This document shows positions 10,392 to 22,953 of a stretch of DNA of 46,428 nucleotides, in pieces (positions within the stretch are counted from its first letter, which is position 1; each line of letters begins with the position of its first letter). The stretch covers positions 1 to 46,428 of the forward strand of contig JAXLNO010004364.1 of NCBI GenBank assembly GCA_038087875.1. The letters are read 5' to 3'. The translations under genes were made by a program, and so were the position numbers. The notes below the pieces were generated by a model that made no database searches, had not been told where the DNA came from, and saw nothing but the letters and a program-made list of their open reading frames with translations. The DNA comes from Malacoraja senta (taxonomy: Eukaryota).

Positions 10392-11901
10392 GCATTGGTG
10401 ATCATTTCCCAATGTTCAATAGATTCAGGATCAGTTCCTGTGGTTTGGAGACTAGCTAATGTTATCCCACTTTTCAAGAAAGGAGCGAGAGAGAAAACGG
10501 GGAATTACAGACCAGTTAGCCTGACTTCGGTGGTGGAAAAGATGCTGGAGTCAATTATTAAAGCGGTAATAATGGGGCATTTGGATAGCAGTAAAAGGAT
10601 TAGTCCAAGTGAACATGGATTTATGAAAGGGAAATCATGCTTGACTAATCTTCTGGAATATTTTGAGGATGTGACAAGTAAAATGGATGAAGGGGTGCCA
10701 GTGGATGTAGTGTATCTAGACTGTCAGAAAGCCTTTGATAAGGTCCCGCACGGGAGACTGGTGACTAAAATTAGAGCACATGGTATTGGTGGTAGGGTGT
10801 TGACATGGATAGAAAATTGGCTGGCAGACCGGAAGCAAAGAGTAGGAGTGAACGGGTCCTTTTCATAATGGCAGGCAGTGGCGAGTGGAGTGCCGCAAGG
10901 CTCTGTGTTGGGGCCACAACTGTTTACCATATATATTAATGATTTGGAAGAGGGAATTAGGAGCAACACTAGAGAGTTTGCAGATGACACAAAACTGGGT
11001 GGCAGTGTGAACTGTGAAGAGGATGTTAGGACGTTGCAGGGTGACCTGGACAGGTTGAGTTAGTGGGCAGATGCGTGGCAGATGCAGTATAAAATAGATA
11101 AATGTGAGGTTATCCGCTTTGGCGGCAAAAATAAGGGGGCAGATTATTATCTCAATGGGGTTAGGTAAGGGGGAGGTGCAGCGAGACCTGGGCGTCCTTG
11201 TACACCGGTCACTGAAAGTTGGTGTGCAGGTACAGCAGGCAGTGAAGAAAGCTAATGGAATGTTGGCCTTCATAACAAGAGGATTTCAGTATAGTAGTAA
11301 AGAGGTTCTTCTGCAGTTGTATAGGGCTCTGGTGAGACCATATCTGGAGTATTGTGTCCAGTTTTGGTCTCCTAATTTGAGGAAGGACATCCTTGTGATT
11401 GAGGCAGTGCAGCGTAGGTTCACGAGATTGATCCCTGGGATGGCGGGACTGTCATATGAGGAAAGATTGAAAAGACTAGGCTTGTATTCACTGGAGTTTA
11501 GAAGGATGAGGGGGCATCTTATAGAAAAATATAAAATTATAAAAGGACTGGACAAGCTAGATGCAGGAAATTTTTTTCCCAATGTTGGGCGAGTCCAGAG
11601 CCAGGGGCCACAGTCTTAGAATAAAGGGGAGGTCATTTAAGACTGAGGTGAGAAAAAACTTTTTCACCCAGAGAGTTGTGAATTTATGGAATTCCCTGCC
11701 ACAGAGGGCAGTGGAGGCCAAGTCACTGGATGGATTTAAGAGAGAGTTAGATAGAGCTCTAGGGGGCTAGTGGAGTCAATGGATATGGGGAGAAGGCAGG
11801 CACGGGTTATTGATAGGGGACGATCAGCCATGATCACAATGAATGGCGGTGCTGGCTCGAAGGGCCGAATGGCCTCCTCCTGCACCTGTTTTCTATGTTT
11901 C
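10392..11901 (+). mobile_element. CR1 LINE (family B), degraded RT/3' fragment
   Basis: [44 protein letters not shown]; ends TTCTATGTTT. Confidence 0.92.
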
Positions 11902-12321
11902 ACACCATTCACCTTAAACATCTCCTGCCTTGCGATCTCTGGGTGGTCCTTGCTGACTAGAGTCTGAGCATGAAGAAATCTGGCCAGTGGCAACTGGGAT
12001 GTGAAGCAGCAATGTCTGCAAATGAATGAATATACAGGCAATTAGTGGAGGGGAGAGGGAGGCAGCTTGAATTGAGTATTTTCCCCCCTCTGGTACACTG
12101 AACCCAATGGATACCAGGGGTTTGATTTGAATCTTATAAATGGGTTGTAATAATAGAATGGGAGTGCAGCGTAGGTTCATCAGGTTAATTCCCGGAATAC
12201 TCCAGGTGTGGTCTCACTAGGGCCCTGTACAACTGCGGAAGGACCTCTTTGACAAAGTGCCCAAGCGGAAAATGAATGTATCACCGTCTATTTCTCTCTT
12301 TTCCCTTTCCCGACTCTCAGT

Positions 12322-12447
12322 CTGAAGAAGGGTCTCGACCCAAAACGTCACCAACTCCATTTCTCCAGAGATGCTGTCTGACCCGCTGAGTTACTCCAGC
12401 TGTCTATCTTCACTTTAAACCAACATCTGCAATTCCTTCTGACACAA
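12322..12447 (+). mobile_element. Short Penelope-like/hammerhead-type repeat with a mutated core
   Basis: CTGAAGAAGGGTCTCGACCC-AAAAC-GTC (GAAAC changed to AAAAC), followed by the family 3' part. Confidence 0.75.
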
Positions 12448-12644
12448 CTTTAAGTTTAATAGGAAAGGAGGTCAGATGGACGAGAAACATCTTTTTTTAT
12501 GGCAGCAATGATTTGATCAGAACTGGAAGGCAGTGGTTGAAAGTGAGAGTGGAAGCAGATTCATGTCATTTCCACAAGGAGACTGGATTTCACTTGGTGA
12601 GGGGTTGGCTGCCGGGTGGAAGGGAAACTGCAGGAAGAGTGAGG

Positions 12645-14965
12645 AAGGAAATAGTAAAAATTGGAAAGAGCCATGGTTTTCAAGGGAAATTAGACACGGT
12701 TCGGAAAAAGAGAGAGATCTACAATAATTATAGGCAGCATGGAGTAAATGAGGTGCTTGAGGAGTATAAAGAATGTAAAAAGAATATTAAGAAATAAATT
12801 AGAAAAGCTAAAAGAAGGTATGAGGTTGCTTTGGCAAGTAAGGTGAAAGTAAATCCAAAGGGTTTCTACAGCTATATTAATAGCAAAAGGATAACAAGGA
12901 ATAAAATTGGTCCATTAGAGAGTCAGAGTGGACAGCTATCTGCAGAGCCAAAAGAGATGGGAGAGATATTGAACAATTTCTTTTCTTCGGTATTCACCAA
13001 GGAGAAGGATATGGAATTATGTGAGGTAAGGGAAACAAGCAGAGTAGCAATGGAAACTGTGAGATTCAAAGAAGAGGAGGTGCGGACACTTTTGAAAAAT
13101 ATGAAAACGGATAAGTCTCCATGTCCTGACAGGATATTCCCTAGGACATTGAGGGAAGTTAGTGTAGAAATAGCAGGGGCTATGACAGAAATATTTCAAA
13201 TGTCATTAGAAACGGGAATAGTGCCGGAGGATTGGCGTACTGCGCATGTTGTTCCGTTGTTTAAAAAGGGTTCGAAGAGTAAACCTAGCAATTATAGACC
13301 TGTTAGTTTGACGTCAGTGGTGGGCAAATTAATGGAAAGGATACTTAAAGATAATATATATAAGCATCTGGATAAGCAGGGTCTGATTAGGAACAGTCAA
13401 CATGGATTTGTGCCTGGAAGGTCATGTTTGACTAATCTTCTTGAATTTTTCGAAGAGGTTAATTGATGAGGGTAAAGCAGTGGATGTTGTCTATATGGAC
13501 TTCAGTAAGGCCTTTGACAAGGTTCCTCATGGAAGGTTAGTTAAGAAGATTCAATTGTTGGGTATTAATGGTGGAGTAGCAAGATGGATTCAACAGTGGC
13601 TGAATGGGAGATGCCAGAGAGTAATGGTGGATGGCTGTTTGTCAGGTTGGAGGCCGGTGACTAGTGGGGTGCCTCAGCGGTCTGTGTTGGGTCCACTGTT
13701 GTTTGTCATGTACATCAATGACCTGGATGATGGTGTGGAAAATTGGATTAGTAAGTATGCAGATGATACTAAGATAGGTGGTGTTGTGGATAATGAAGTA
13801 GATTTTCAAAGTCTACAGAGAGATTTAGGCCATTTGGCAGAGTGGGCTGAAAGATGGCAGATGGAGTTTAATGCTGATAAATGTGAGGTACTACATCTCA
13901 GCAGGACAAATCAAAATAGGACGTACATGGTAAATGGTAGCGAATTGAGGAATGCAGTTGAACAGAGAGATCTAGGAATGACTGTGCATAGTACCCTGAA
14001 GGTGGAATCTCATGTACTGTAGATAGGGTGGTAAAGAAAGCTTTTGGTGTGCTGGCCTTTATAAATCAGAGCATTGAGTATAGAAGTTGGGATGTAATGT
14101 TAAAATTGTACAAGGCATTGGTGAGGCCAATTCTGGAGTATGGAGTACAATTTTGGTCGCCTAATTATAGGAAGGATGTCAACAAAATAGAGAGAGTACA
14201 GAGGAGATTTACTAGAATGCTGCCTGGGTTTCAGCAACTAAGTTACAGAGAAAGGTTGAACAAGTTAGGTCTTTATTCTTTGGAGCGCAGAAGGTTAAGA
14301 GGGGACTTGATAGAAGTCTGTAAAATGATGAGCGGGTTAGACAGAGTGGACGTGGATAAGCTTTTCCCATTGAGAGTAGGGAAGATTCAAACAAGGGGAC
14401 ATGACTTGAGAATTAAGGGACAGAAGTTTAGGGGGAACATTAGGGGGAACTTCTTTACTCAGAGAGTGGTAGCTGTGTGGAATGAGCTTCCAGTGGAAGT
14501 GGTGGAGGCAGGTTCGATGTTGTCCTTTAAAAATAGATTGGATGGGTATATGGACGGGAAAGGAATGGAGGGTTTTGGTCTGAGTGCAGGTAGATGGGAC
14601 TAGGGGGAAGTATTTATTTTAAAAAAAAATTTTTTAATTAAAAAAAAATGTTCGGCACGGACTTGAAGGGCCGAGATGGCCTGTTTCCGTGCTGTTATGG
14701 TTATATGGTTATATGGAATGAGCTTCCAGTGGAAGTGGTGGAGGCAGGTTCGATTTTATCCTTTAAAAATAGATTGGATGGGTATATGGACGGGAAAGGA
14801 ATGGAGGGTTATGGTCTGAGTGCAGGTACTGTAGATGGGACTAGGGGGAAGTAAGAAGCAAGAAGGGGGGAAAAAAAGAAGGAAAAAAAAGTGTTGGGCA
14901 CGGATTTGAAGGGCCGAGATGGCCTGTTTCCGTGCTGTAATGGTTATATGGTTATTATATATGGT
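12645..14965 (+). mobile_element. CR1 LINE (family A), 5'-truncated, with a tandemly duplicated 3' end
   Basis: ORF pieces 12831-13466, 13441-14022 and 14028-14603; first tail ~14695-14712, repeated 3' segment and second tail ~14713-14965. Confidence 0.93.
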
Positions 14966-15304
14966 TTCAATCTCCACACTGCATGGGCACAATAGGTGTG
15001 ACTGTGCACAGCAGCTGATCTGCAGGGAGGTGTTTGGGGTGGTAGAGAGCTGCAGGAATTAGACAGTGGATAGAATGGAGGCAGTTCAAGACGAGATGCT
15101 TCCTCCGTGAACACCCCACCCCCCACCATTATCTCCTTCCACATAAATTCTCACTGTCTTTTTCCTTGTGCATCAGCACTCTGGCTGATAGGAGGAGAAT
15201 GAATGAGCAAAATAATTAATTGGCTTCCTCCTACATTGTTCGACAAAGGCTTCCACTTCAGTTCTATCATTAGCTTTAAATGGACAACAAAATCTCATAC
15301 TAAC

Positions 15305-15613
15305 CTTGAGGCTTCTGGAACTCCGTTCTCACCATGTTGTCCAGCTTGTATCCTGCCTTGCAGTAGTAGACGTTTTTCTTGTTCCAATCTGCCACAGGGA
15401 CTCGCAGCAAGCTGCTCATTGTGTACATGTTGTTTTGTCCCAACACAGGTGGGTACTTTGTGATTCCAGTGGTGATGTCCCCACTGCTGGTGGACCATGT
15501 CTGACTGATGATCTCAGGCTGGTAGTCCTTGACCAGACAGAGGATGCTGATCTCTTGGTCAGATTCTGTGTTGCAGGAAGAGGTGATGTGGACTGAAGGC
15601 AAGGTCTTAATCT
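15305..15613 (-). CDS. IgW: Immunoglobulin W (IgX) heavy-chain CH1 exon, open frame
   Basis: 309-nt phase-1/1 exon between TTTTCAG| and |GTTAGT. Translates (E)IKTLPSVHITSSCNTESDQEISILCLVKDYQPEIISQTWSTSSGDITTGITKYPPVLGQNNMYTMSSLLRVPVADWNKKNVYYCKAGYKLDNMVRTEFQKPQ, a C1-set C-W-C pattern resembling chondrichthyan IgW CH1. Confidence 0.9.
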
Positions 15614-16634
15614 CTGAAAAGTAAATAAATTAACAATTGGTTCTGTAGTAAATGGATTATTACCAGCGCATGCAACAGGTTCATGCTGATTGCTGAGTAA
15701 ATGCAGGTGATTCAGGCTGAGAGAAGGCCAGGCAGAACAGGGAATTGGTTCCTTTCCCCAATCCCTTTCACACCGTGCATGACCAAGCAGTGAAATGCTG
15801 ATCTATCACTGGCAAAGCAACTTCTGCCAACCAGAGGGACAAACCGGCCTGTGCTCTGGGTGATGTATCCCAGGTCAGGAAGCACATGGTACGATGCCAG
15901 ATGGACCATATCCACACGCACCGGGCCAAATGGTGCTGGATCTGGCCTGTTGTGGACCTTCCTCAATGCTGGGGCCCGGAGAGTGTTGTACAACTAAGGG
16001 ATCTTGGAGTACAGGTACACAGATCCCAGGAAGCGTTGTCACAGGTAAATAGGTTGGTAAAAAAAGCTCTTCATGAGTCAGGGAATTGAGATTACTGTAA
16101 TCCCTCATTTTAACAGACCCCATTATAACAGATTTTGGATATAGCAGACGGACCTGCCAATACCACCCTTGCACGTATGGCTCCTGACCGCTTAGAGCCC
16201 CGGCTTCCAACTCCACCTCCGACTCGCAAGTGAGCCCTTCTTCACCCACCACCATATGGTCCATGATGCTGGTGTTGTTGCGGCTCACGGAGCCCCCGGG
16301 ATGAGCACTTTCTTCAAGCTGCCATCCTCGACAGGACGTGCTTGGTCACCATGAGGCTCCCTCCCCTCCCACCTGCTGCTGTCCACTCCCTGTTCGACCG
16401 CCATCTCCCCCTCGTCCTCCCCTCGCTCTGTCCACTCGGCCTCTTCCCCCCTCCCCCCTCCACCGCCATCTCCTCCTCCTTCTCCCTGGAGTCACCAACA
16501 TACTGCACCTTGGAAGCAGCAGCTGGTGAGAGGAGAGGGTGCCGCATGGTGAGCGTGCACCCTGTCAGTGGCAGCGACCTGAAGAAAGCACTGCCAGCCA
16601 GAGGCTACAATGTGAGCCACAACCACAGCCATGA

Positions 16635-17440
16635 CACATAGAAACATAGAAACATAGAAAATAGGTGCAGGAGTAGGCCATTCGGCCCTTCGAGCCTGCA
16701 CCGCCATTCAATATGATCATGGCTGATCATCCAACTCAGTATCCTGTACCTGCTTTCTCTCCATACCCCATGATCCCTTTAGCCACAAGGGCCACAAACT
16801 CCCTCTTAAATATAGCCAATGAACTGGCCTCAACTACATTCTGTGGCAGAGAATTCCACAGATTCACCACTCTTTGTGTAAATTTTTTTTTTCTCATCTC
16901 AGTCCTAAAAGATTTCCCCTTTATCCTTAAACTGTGACCCCTTGTTCTGGACTCCCCCAACATCGGGAACAATCTTCCTGCATCTAGCCTGTCCAACCCC
17001 TTAAGAATTTTGTAAGCTTCTATAAGATCCCCCCTCAGTCTTCTAAATTCCAGCGAGTACAAGCCGAGTCTATCCAGTCTTTCCTCATATGAAAGTCCTG
17101 ACATCCCAGGAATCAGTCTGGTGAACCTTCTCTGTACTCCCTCTATGGCAAGAATGTCCTTCCTCAGATTAGGAGACCAAAACTGTACACAATACTCCAA
17201 GTGTGGTCTCACCAAGACCCTGTACAACTGCAGTAGAACCTCCCTGCTCCTATACTCAAATCCTTTTGCTATGAATGCTAACATACCATTCGCTTTCTTC
17301 ACTCCCTGCTGCACCTGCATGCCCACTTTCAATGACTGGTGCACCATGACACCCAGGTCTCGTTGCATCTCCCCTTTTCCTAATCAGCCACCATTCAGGT
17401 AATAGTCTACTTTCCTGTTTTTGCCACCAAAGTGGATAAC
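16635..17440 (-). mobile_element. CR1 LINE (family B) 3' fragment
   Basis: ORF 16736-17368 ([21 protein letters not shown]); (CATAGAAA)n tail. Confidence 0.92.
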
Positions 17441-17706
17441 CGGACTGTCAAAGCTGCCACAGCCAGATATAAAAACAGTTTTTTTTCCACGAGTAGTGGC
17501 TCTACTCAATAACCAAATACCCTCCTTTTGCTCTGGTATTATAATTAATTCACATGTTTAATCAATGTTTTATTATTAATATTTACTATTTTACATGTCA
17601 TTCCTAACTGTCACTGTATGTCGTTGTCACTTGCGGGCGGAGCACCAAGGCAAATTCCTTGTATGTGAATACTTGGCCAATAAACTTATTCATCCATTCA
17701 TTCATT
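17441..17706 (+). mobile_element. Probable LINE 3' end (Rex/L2-like) with an (ATTC)n tail
   Basis: TATAAAAACAGTTTTTTTTCCAC (KNSFFP-like end of RT C-terminal region), AATAAA, then ATTC repeats. Confidence 0.5.
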
Positions 17707-18189
17707 ACAACACGGCTGTACTGTGAACATGCCTCGCTGCCTGTGAAAGGTGCGGGGACACCATGAAAGGTGCTCTGTGAATGACCACTGAGATTCACTG
17801 AGACACCAGCAGCCCTGGTTAAAGGAGCAAAGCACATGTTGGACAAACCCAGAAATTAGAGCCATTCCTCTGTCTGTGAACTGAGAAAAAGCAGTTCTTT
17901 TGTGCAGCAAAACTCACATCAAAAACACCAAGTAACTGGACTCAGAATCTAATCTACGACCATCAGTGAATTCACAATGAAGAATAAAAGGTATTGACTT
18001 ACTAAGGATCTCTAAATGTTGAAATTCAATACAAGATGCAAAGAAAACCTGGTGTACTAAACCCCACATCCAGAACCATGTACAACATTCTCTCATTATG
18101 TTCAAATCATTCATTGTTGTGAACCTTTGTTTTTTAACCAAACAGCATCAATTTGTTTTACAATCTAGAGAACCTTCTGTGTTCTGAAA

Positions 18190-18560
18190 CAAGGAGTGTT
18201 TGACAGAGCAATGTAGAGGGAGCTTGACTCTGTGTCAAACACTCTGTCCCTGCACTGGGAGTATGTAACAGTGTAAAGGGAACTTCACTCAGTGACTAAC
18301 CTGTAACCTGGGTGGGTGTGGGGACAGGTTGGAGGGAACTTCACTCAGTGACTAACCTGTAACCTGGGTGTGTGTGGGGACAGGTTGGAGGGAGCCTCAC
18401 TCCTTTTCTAACCTGTGCTGTCCCTTCCCTGGGAGCGTTGGGATAGGACAGATGGAATGTTGTATCTAATCTGTAGCTGACAGCACAGTGACACGGGGAG
18501 ATATATTCTGCATTTGACTCGTGCTTTGTCTGACCTGGATATGTTTGATGGGATCTCTTT
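18190..18560 (+). repeat. Degenerate ~56-bp minisatellite in the J-C intron
   Basis: Two near-identical units AGGGAACTTCACTCAGTGACTAACCTGTAACCTGGGTG.GTGTGGGGACAGGTTGG at 18277 and 18333, flanked by diverged units. Confidence 0.8.
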
Positions 18561-18587
18561 GCGGGAGCAGGTATTGGAGACATTGAG

Positions 18588-19845
18588 TCATAGAGTGATA
18601 CAGTGTGGAAACAGGCCCTTCGGCCCAACTCGTCCACACCGGCCAACAATATCCTAGCTACACTAGTCCCACTTGCCTGCGCTTGGTCCATAACCATCCA
18701 AACCCGTCCTACCCATGTACCTGTCCAACTGGTTCATAAAACGATGGGATAGTCCCAACCTCAACTACCTCCTCTGGCAGCTTGTTCCATACGCCCACCA
18801 CCCTTTGTGTGAAAAAGTTACCTCTCGGATTCCTATTAAATCTTTTCCCCTTCACCTTGAACCTATGTCCTCGATTCCCCTACTCTGGGTAAAAGAATCC
18901 GTGCATCTAATCATTTTGTATACCTCTATAAGATCTCCCCTCATCCTCAAGCGCCATGGAATAGAGACCCAGCCTACTCAACCTCTCCCTACAGCTCACA
19001 CCCTCTAGTCCTGAAGGGTGTGAGCTGACAATATCTTTCCCATAACATGGTGCCCAGAACTGAACACAATATTCTAAATGCGGTCTCACCAATGTCTTAG
19101 ACAATAGACAATAGTTGCAGGAGTACGCCCTTCAGCCCTTCGAGCCAGCACCGCCATTCAATGTGATCATGGCTGATCATCCCCGATCAGTACCCCGTTC
19201 CTGTCTTCTCCCCATATTCCCTGACTCCGCTATTTTTAAGAGCCCTATCTAGCTCTCTTGAAAGCATCCAGAGAACCTGCCTCCACCGCCCTCTGAGGCA
19301 GAGAATTCCACAGACTCACAACTCTCTGTGAGAAAAAGTGTTTCCTCGTCTCCGTTCTAAATGGCTTACTCCTTATTCTTAAACTGTGGCCCCTGGTTCT
19401 GGACTCCCGCAACATGTTTCCTGCCTCTAGCGTGTCCAAACCCTTAACGATCTTATATGTTTCAATGAGATCTCCTCTCATCCTTCTAAACTCCAGAGTG
19501 TACAAGCCCAGCTGCACCATTCTCTCAGCATATGACAGTCCTGCCATCCCGGGAATTAAACCTACACTGCATTCCCTCAATAGCAAGAATGTCCTTCCTC
19601 AAATTAGGGGACCAAAACTGCACACAATACTCCAGGTGTGGTCTCACTAGGGCTCTGTACAACTGCAGAAGGACCTCTTTGCTCCTATATTCGATTCCTC
19701 TTGTTATAAAGGCCAACATGCCATTCGCTTTCTTCACTGCCTGCTGTACCTGCATGCTTACTTTCATAGACTGATGAACAAGGACCCCCAGATCCCGTTG
19801 TACTTCCCCTTTTCCCAACTTGACACCATTTAGATAGTAATCTGA
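18588..19845 (-). mobile_element. Two adjacent CR1 3' fragments (~18588-19097 and ~19098-19845)
   Basis: [11 protein letters not shown](A/S)P and TRGHSLRI motifs; tails GAGTCATAGAG and TAGACAATAGACAATAG. Confidence 0.85.
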
Positions 19846-20215
19846 TACAACTGCAACTGGATTTACAAAATAAATAATAGATTCATTGAATCTCAGAGCA
19901 CAGAACGGGGCCATTCATCTGATTGTGTCCGTACTTGTCCTTTAGCTGAGTTGGATGAATAATAGTGTGGTATTAGTGGGAGATTTAAACTTCCCTCATA
20001 TTGACTGGGTATCCCACAATATTAAGTGCTAGGATGAGATAGAATTTGTTAACCGCATCTCAGAAAGATTCCTTAATCAACTCAAAGAGGGTTCTGCTGG
20101 AACCGCTATAGAGAATACAACACTAAACCTCCGCTTCAGATATGAGGCAAGGGATGAGATGTCAGTGTGGAAGCATTTTTAGACCAGTGACCATAGTTCT
20201 TCCAGTTTTAAACAC

Positions 20216-20456
20216 AAAAAGCTAGAGTGCCTCTACAGGTCAGACAGCATCTCTGGAGAAAAGGAATAGATGGTGTTTCAGGTCAAGACTCTTCTTCAGC
20301 CTGAGAGTCCTTTCCCCTGACTCTCAATCTGAAGGGTCTCGACCCTAAATGTCACCGTTTCCCTCTCTCCAGAGATGCTGTTTGACCCGCTGAGTTATTC
20401 CAGCTTTTTGTATCTATCTTCAGTTTAAACCAGCATCTGCAGTTACGTCCTACACC
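20216..20456. mobile_element. Head-to-head pair of decayed Penelope-like/hammerhead-type short repeats
   Basis: Minus copy (reverse complement CTGAAGAAGAGTCTTGACCTGAAAC) at ~20216-20305; plus copy (CTGAAGGGTCTCGACCCTAAATGTC) at ~20330-20456. Confidence 0.7.
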
Positions 20457-21628
20457 TCTACTAGTTTTAAAGTAGTTATCGAGAAGCATGAAACTGGCCC
20501 ACAAATGAAGATCCTAACTGAGTTAAGGCTGATTTTGGAAGCATTGGTCTGGAACTTGCAGAGTTTGTTTGGGAGAGTCTATTAGTGGTTAGGGGATGGC
20601 TGACATGTGGGAGGCTTTCAAAAGTGGGATAGCCAGAGTGCAGGGGCAGCTTATTAATGTTAGGGTGAAGGGCAAGTCTGGCACGTTCATGGAATCCTGG
20701 TTTTTGAGTGATGTTGAGTCTCTGGTCAGATAAAAGCAGGAGACATACCTCAGATTAAGGCTGTCGCGCTCAAGCGAATGCCTCAGTGGGTATAAGAAGC
20801 GTAGGAACACACTAAAGAATGCACGGGCAATAAAGAGGCCATGAAATGGTTCTGACAGGCAAGGTCAAGGAAAACCCTAAGAGGGACTCTATAGTCAAAT
20901 AACGATAAAGTAGTTTGGGGAAGAATAGGTCCCCTTAAAATTCAGATCAGCATGGCCACCTTCGTGTAGACGCAAGAGATGGGCGAGATATTAAATGAAT
21001 ATTTCCTATCCGCAGTAACTAATGAGAAGATCATGGAAGCTAATGAGTTGAATCATAGGAGTTGTGATGTCTTAGATCATAACCAAATGACCAAAGAGGA
21101 GCTAATGGCAGCGTTCAAGTGCATTACGGTGGATAAATCCCCAGTGCCTTACAACTGCATCCTCTGATCTTGTGGGAAGCTCAGGAAAATAATTTACTTT
21201 CCGTCAGAGGTATTTACATCATCTTCCGCTGCAGATTAATCTCCAAATGACTGGAGGGTGGCTGATACTGAAGTGTAATTGAAGAAGGACATTAGGGCCA
21301 AGCCAGGGATCTGCACCAGTGAGCCTGACGTCATTGGTGGGAATGTCCTTCATGACAGGAACTACCAGTATTTGGACAGGCACGGACTGATTAGGGATAG
21401 TCCTAAGTTTACACGAAGATCTAGATCACTTGGTAGGGTGGGCCAAGGATTAGGGACTGCATGGCTTGTGTTTGGGAAATTGTGCCTCATGAACCTGATA
21501 GGTCTGGCATGGTGGGCTGGCGTGGAAGGTTAGATCATATGAAACCCAACACGAGCTAAATTAGCTTGGAGAAAGTGGACTGCTGCAGGGGTCAGTGCTG
21601 AGACCACTGTTGTTTGTTATCTACATTA

Positions 21629-22252
21629 AAATTTCTTGGCACTCACATAAGCAATAACCTAAAATGGAAAATCAATTCAGATCACATTTATAAAAAAGCC
21701 AATCAAAGACTTTTCTTTCTCCGTCAGCTCAAGAAGTTCAGAGTGAGGAAACATCTCCTAATCCGATTTTACACAGCCATCATCCAAAGCATGCTCACTT
21801 CATCAATACCAGTTTGGTACAGCAGCTTAGACACTCACTCCCGTAATAAACTACAGCGCATTGTCAACAAAGCATCCAAAATCATCAGCACCCCCTCCCA
21901 TCAATAGATTCACTCAATCTCAAACGGTCTGTGTCAAGGGTGAAGAAAATCATTTCTGATCCCTCCCACCCAGCTCACCACATCTTCCACCTGCTGCCGT
22001 CAGGAAGGCGCTACAGCTCACTGCCCGCCAAAACATCACGATTTAAAAACAGTTTCTACCCATATGCAATTCGAACTCTGAACACTCTATGACAACATCA
22101 CATAGCCACCTTGTGCATGTACTGTATACTGTATGTTGTTGTGTTTTATGTTATGTTTGACGGGAATCAGCCTATTATGTAACATCCTGTACTGAACATG
22201 AATTCCACCAGCTTGACTGTGTGGTCATTAAATAATCTGAATCTGAATCTGA
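21629..22252 (+). mobile_element. Rex1/Babar-like LINE 3' fragment nested in the old CR1
   Basis: KFLGTHIS..LKW, KKANQRLFFLRQLKKF, FYTAIIQS.LT.SI.VWY; (CTGAAT)n tail; possible ATTAA TSD. Confidence 0.75.
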
Positions 22253-22953
22253 TTAACAGTTTGCCATACAATATAGTGGACATTGATAGTAAGTTTGCAG
22301 ATGACACCAAAATCAGTGGACAGTGAGGAAGGATAAGTTTACCAAAAGATCTAGATCAGCTGGGAAGGTGAGCCAAGGAATGCCAAATGGAATTTAACTC
22401 TGACTTGTGAGGGGGTGTTGAACTTTGGTCGATCAAACCAGGGCTGGACTTACACATTAAATGGTAGAGCCCGGAGAGTGTTGTAGAACAGACAGATGTG
22501 GAAATGCAGGGGCATGGTTCGCTGAGAGTGGCGAGTTAGGTGGACAGGGAGCTGGGGTGGCTTTTGGCAGACTGCCTTCAATAGGCAGTATCTGGAATGA
22601 GTTGCCAGAGGAAACTATAAAAGTAGATAGAATTCTTATTATCAAACAAATCCGATATATGGATGAGAAGGATATGTGGCCAAAGGGACGAGCCCAGAAA
22701 ACCAGCTTGGTCGGCATGCACAAGATAGATGATGGCGAGACTCAGGGAAAGAACAGCCTGTGGGGCAGTTCAACGCGGTGGGAAATGTACTGTTGTTGGG
22801 TAGATTCTAACTCTGCAGAAACCCGCCAGTCTCCGGGAAATCCGTGCAATTGTTCCAAATATCTCACCGAGTTCAGGTCAATTACAGAATTTCCAAAGAC
22901 CATAAATTAATGAAACACAACTGGGTAAAATGGAATTGAGGAATTGGTCTTAC

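Larger units (their letters stand above)
19965..22690 (+). mobile_element. Old, heavily decayed CR1 interrupted by younger insertions
   Basis: Remnants of GDFN.P.IDW (~19978), MGEILNEYF (20979) and FADDTKI (~22295). Confidence 0.65.

Noticed and set aside
11900-12160. Minus-strand acceptor plus FKVNGV, vaguely Ig-C-like
   Set aside because: No conserved Cys or Trp; probably chance.
14960-15200. Acceptor-like sites just downstream of CH1 as a possible CH2
   Set aside because: All frames stop early and lack the C1-set C-W-C pattern.
18486-18492. CACAGTG heptamer in the J-C intron (also near 45946)
   Set aside because: No nonamer at 12- or 22/23-bp spacing; not an RSS.
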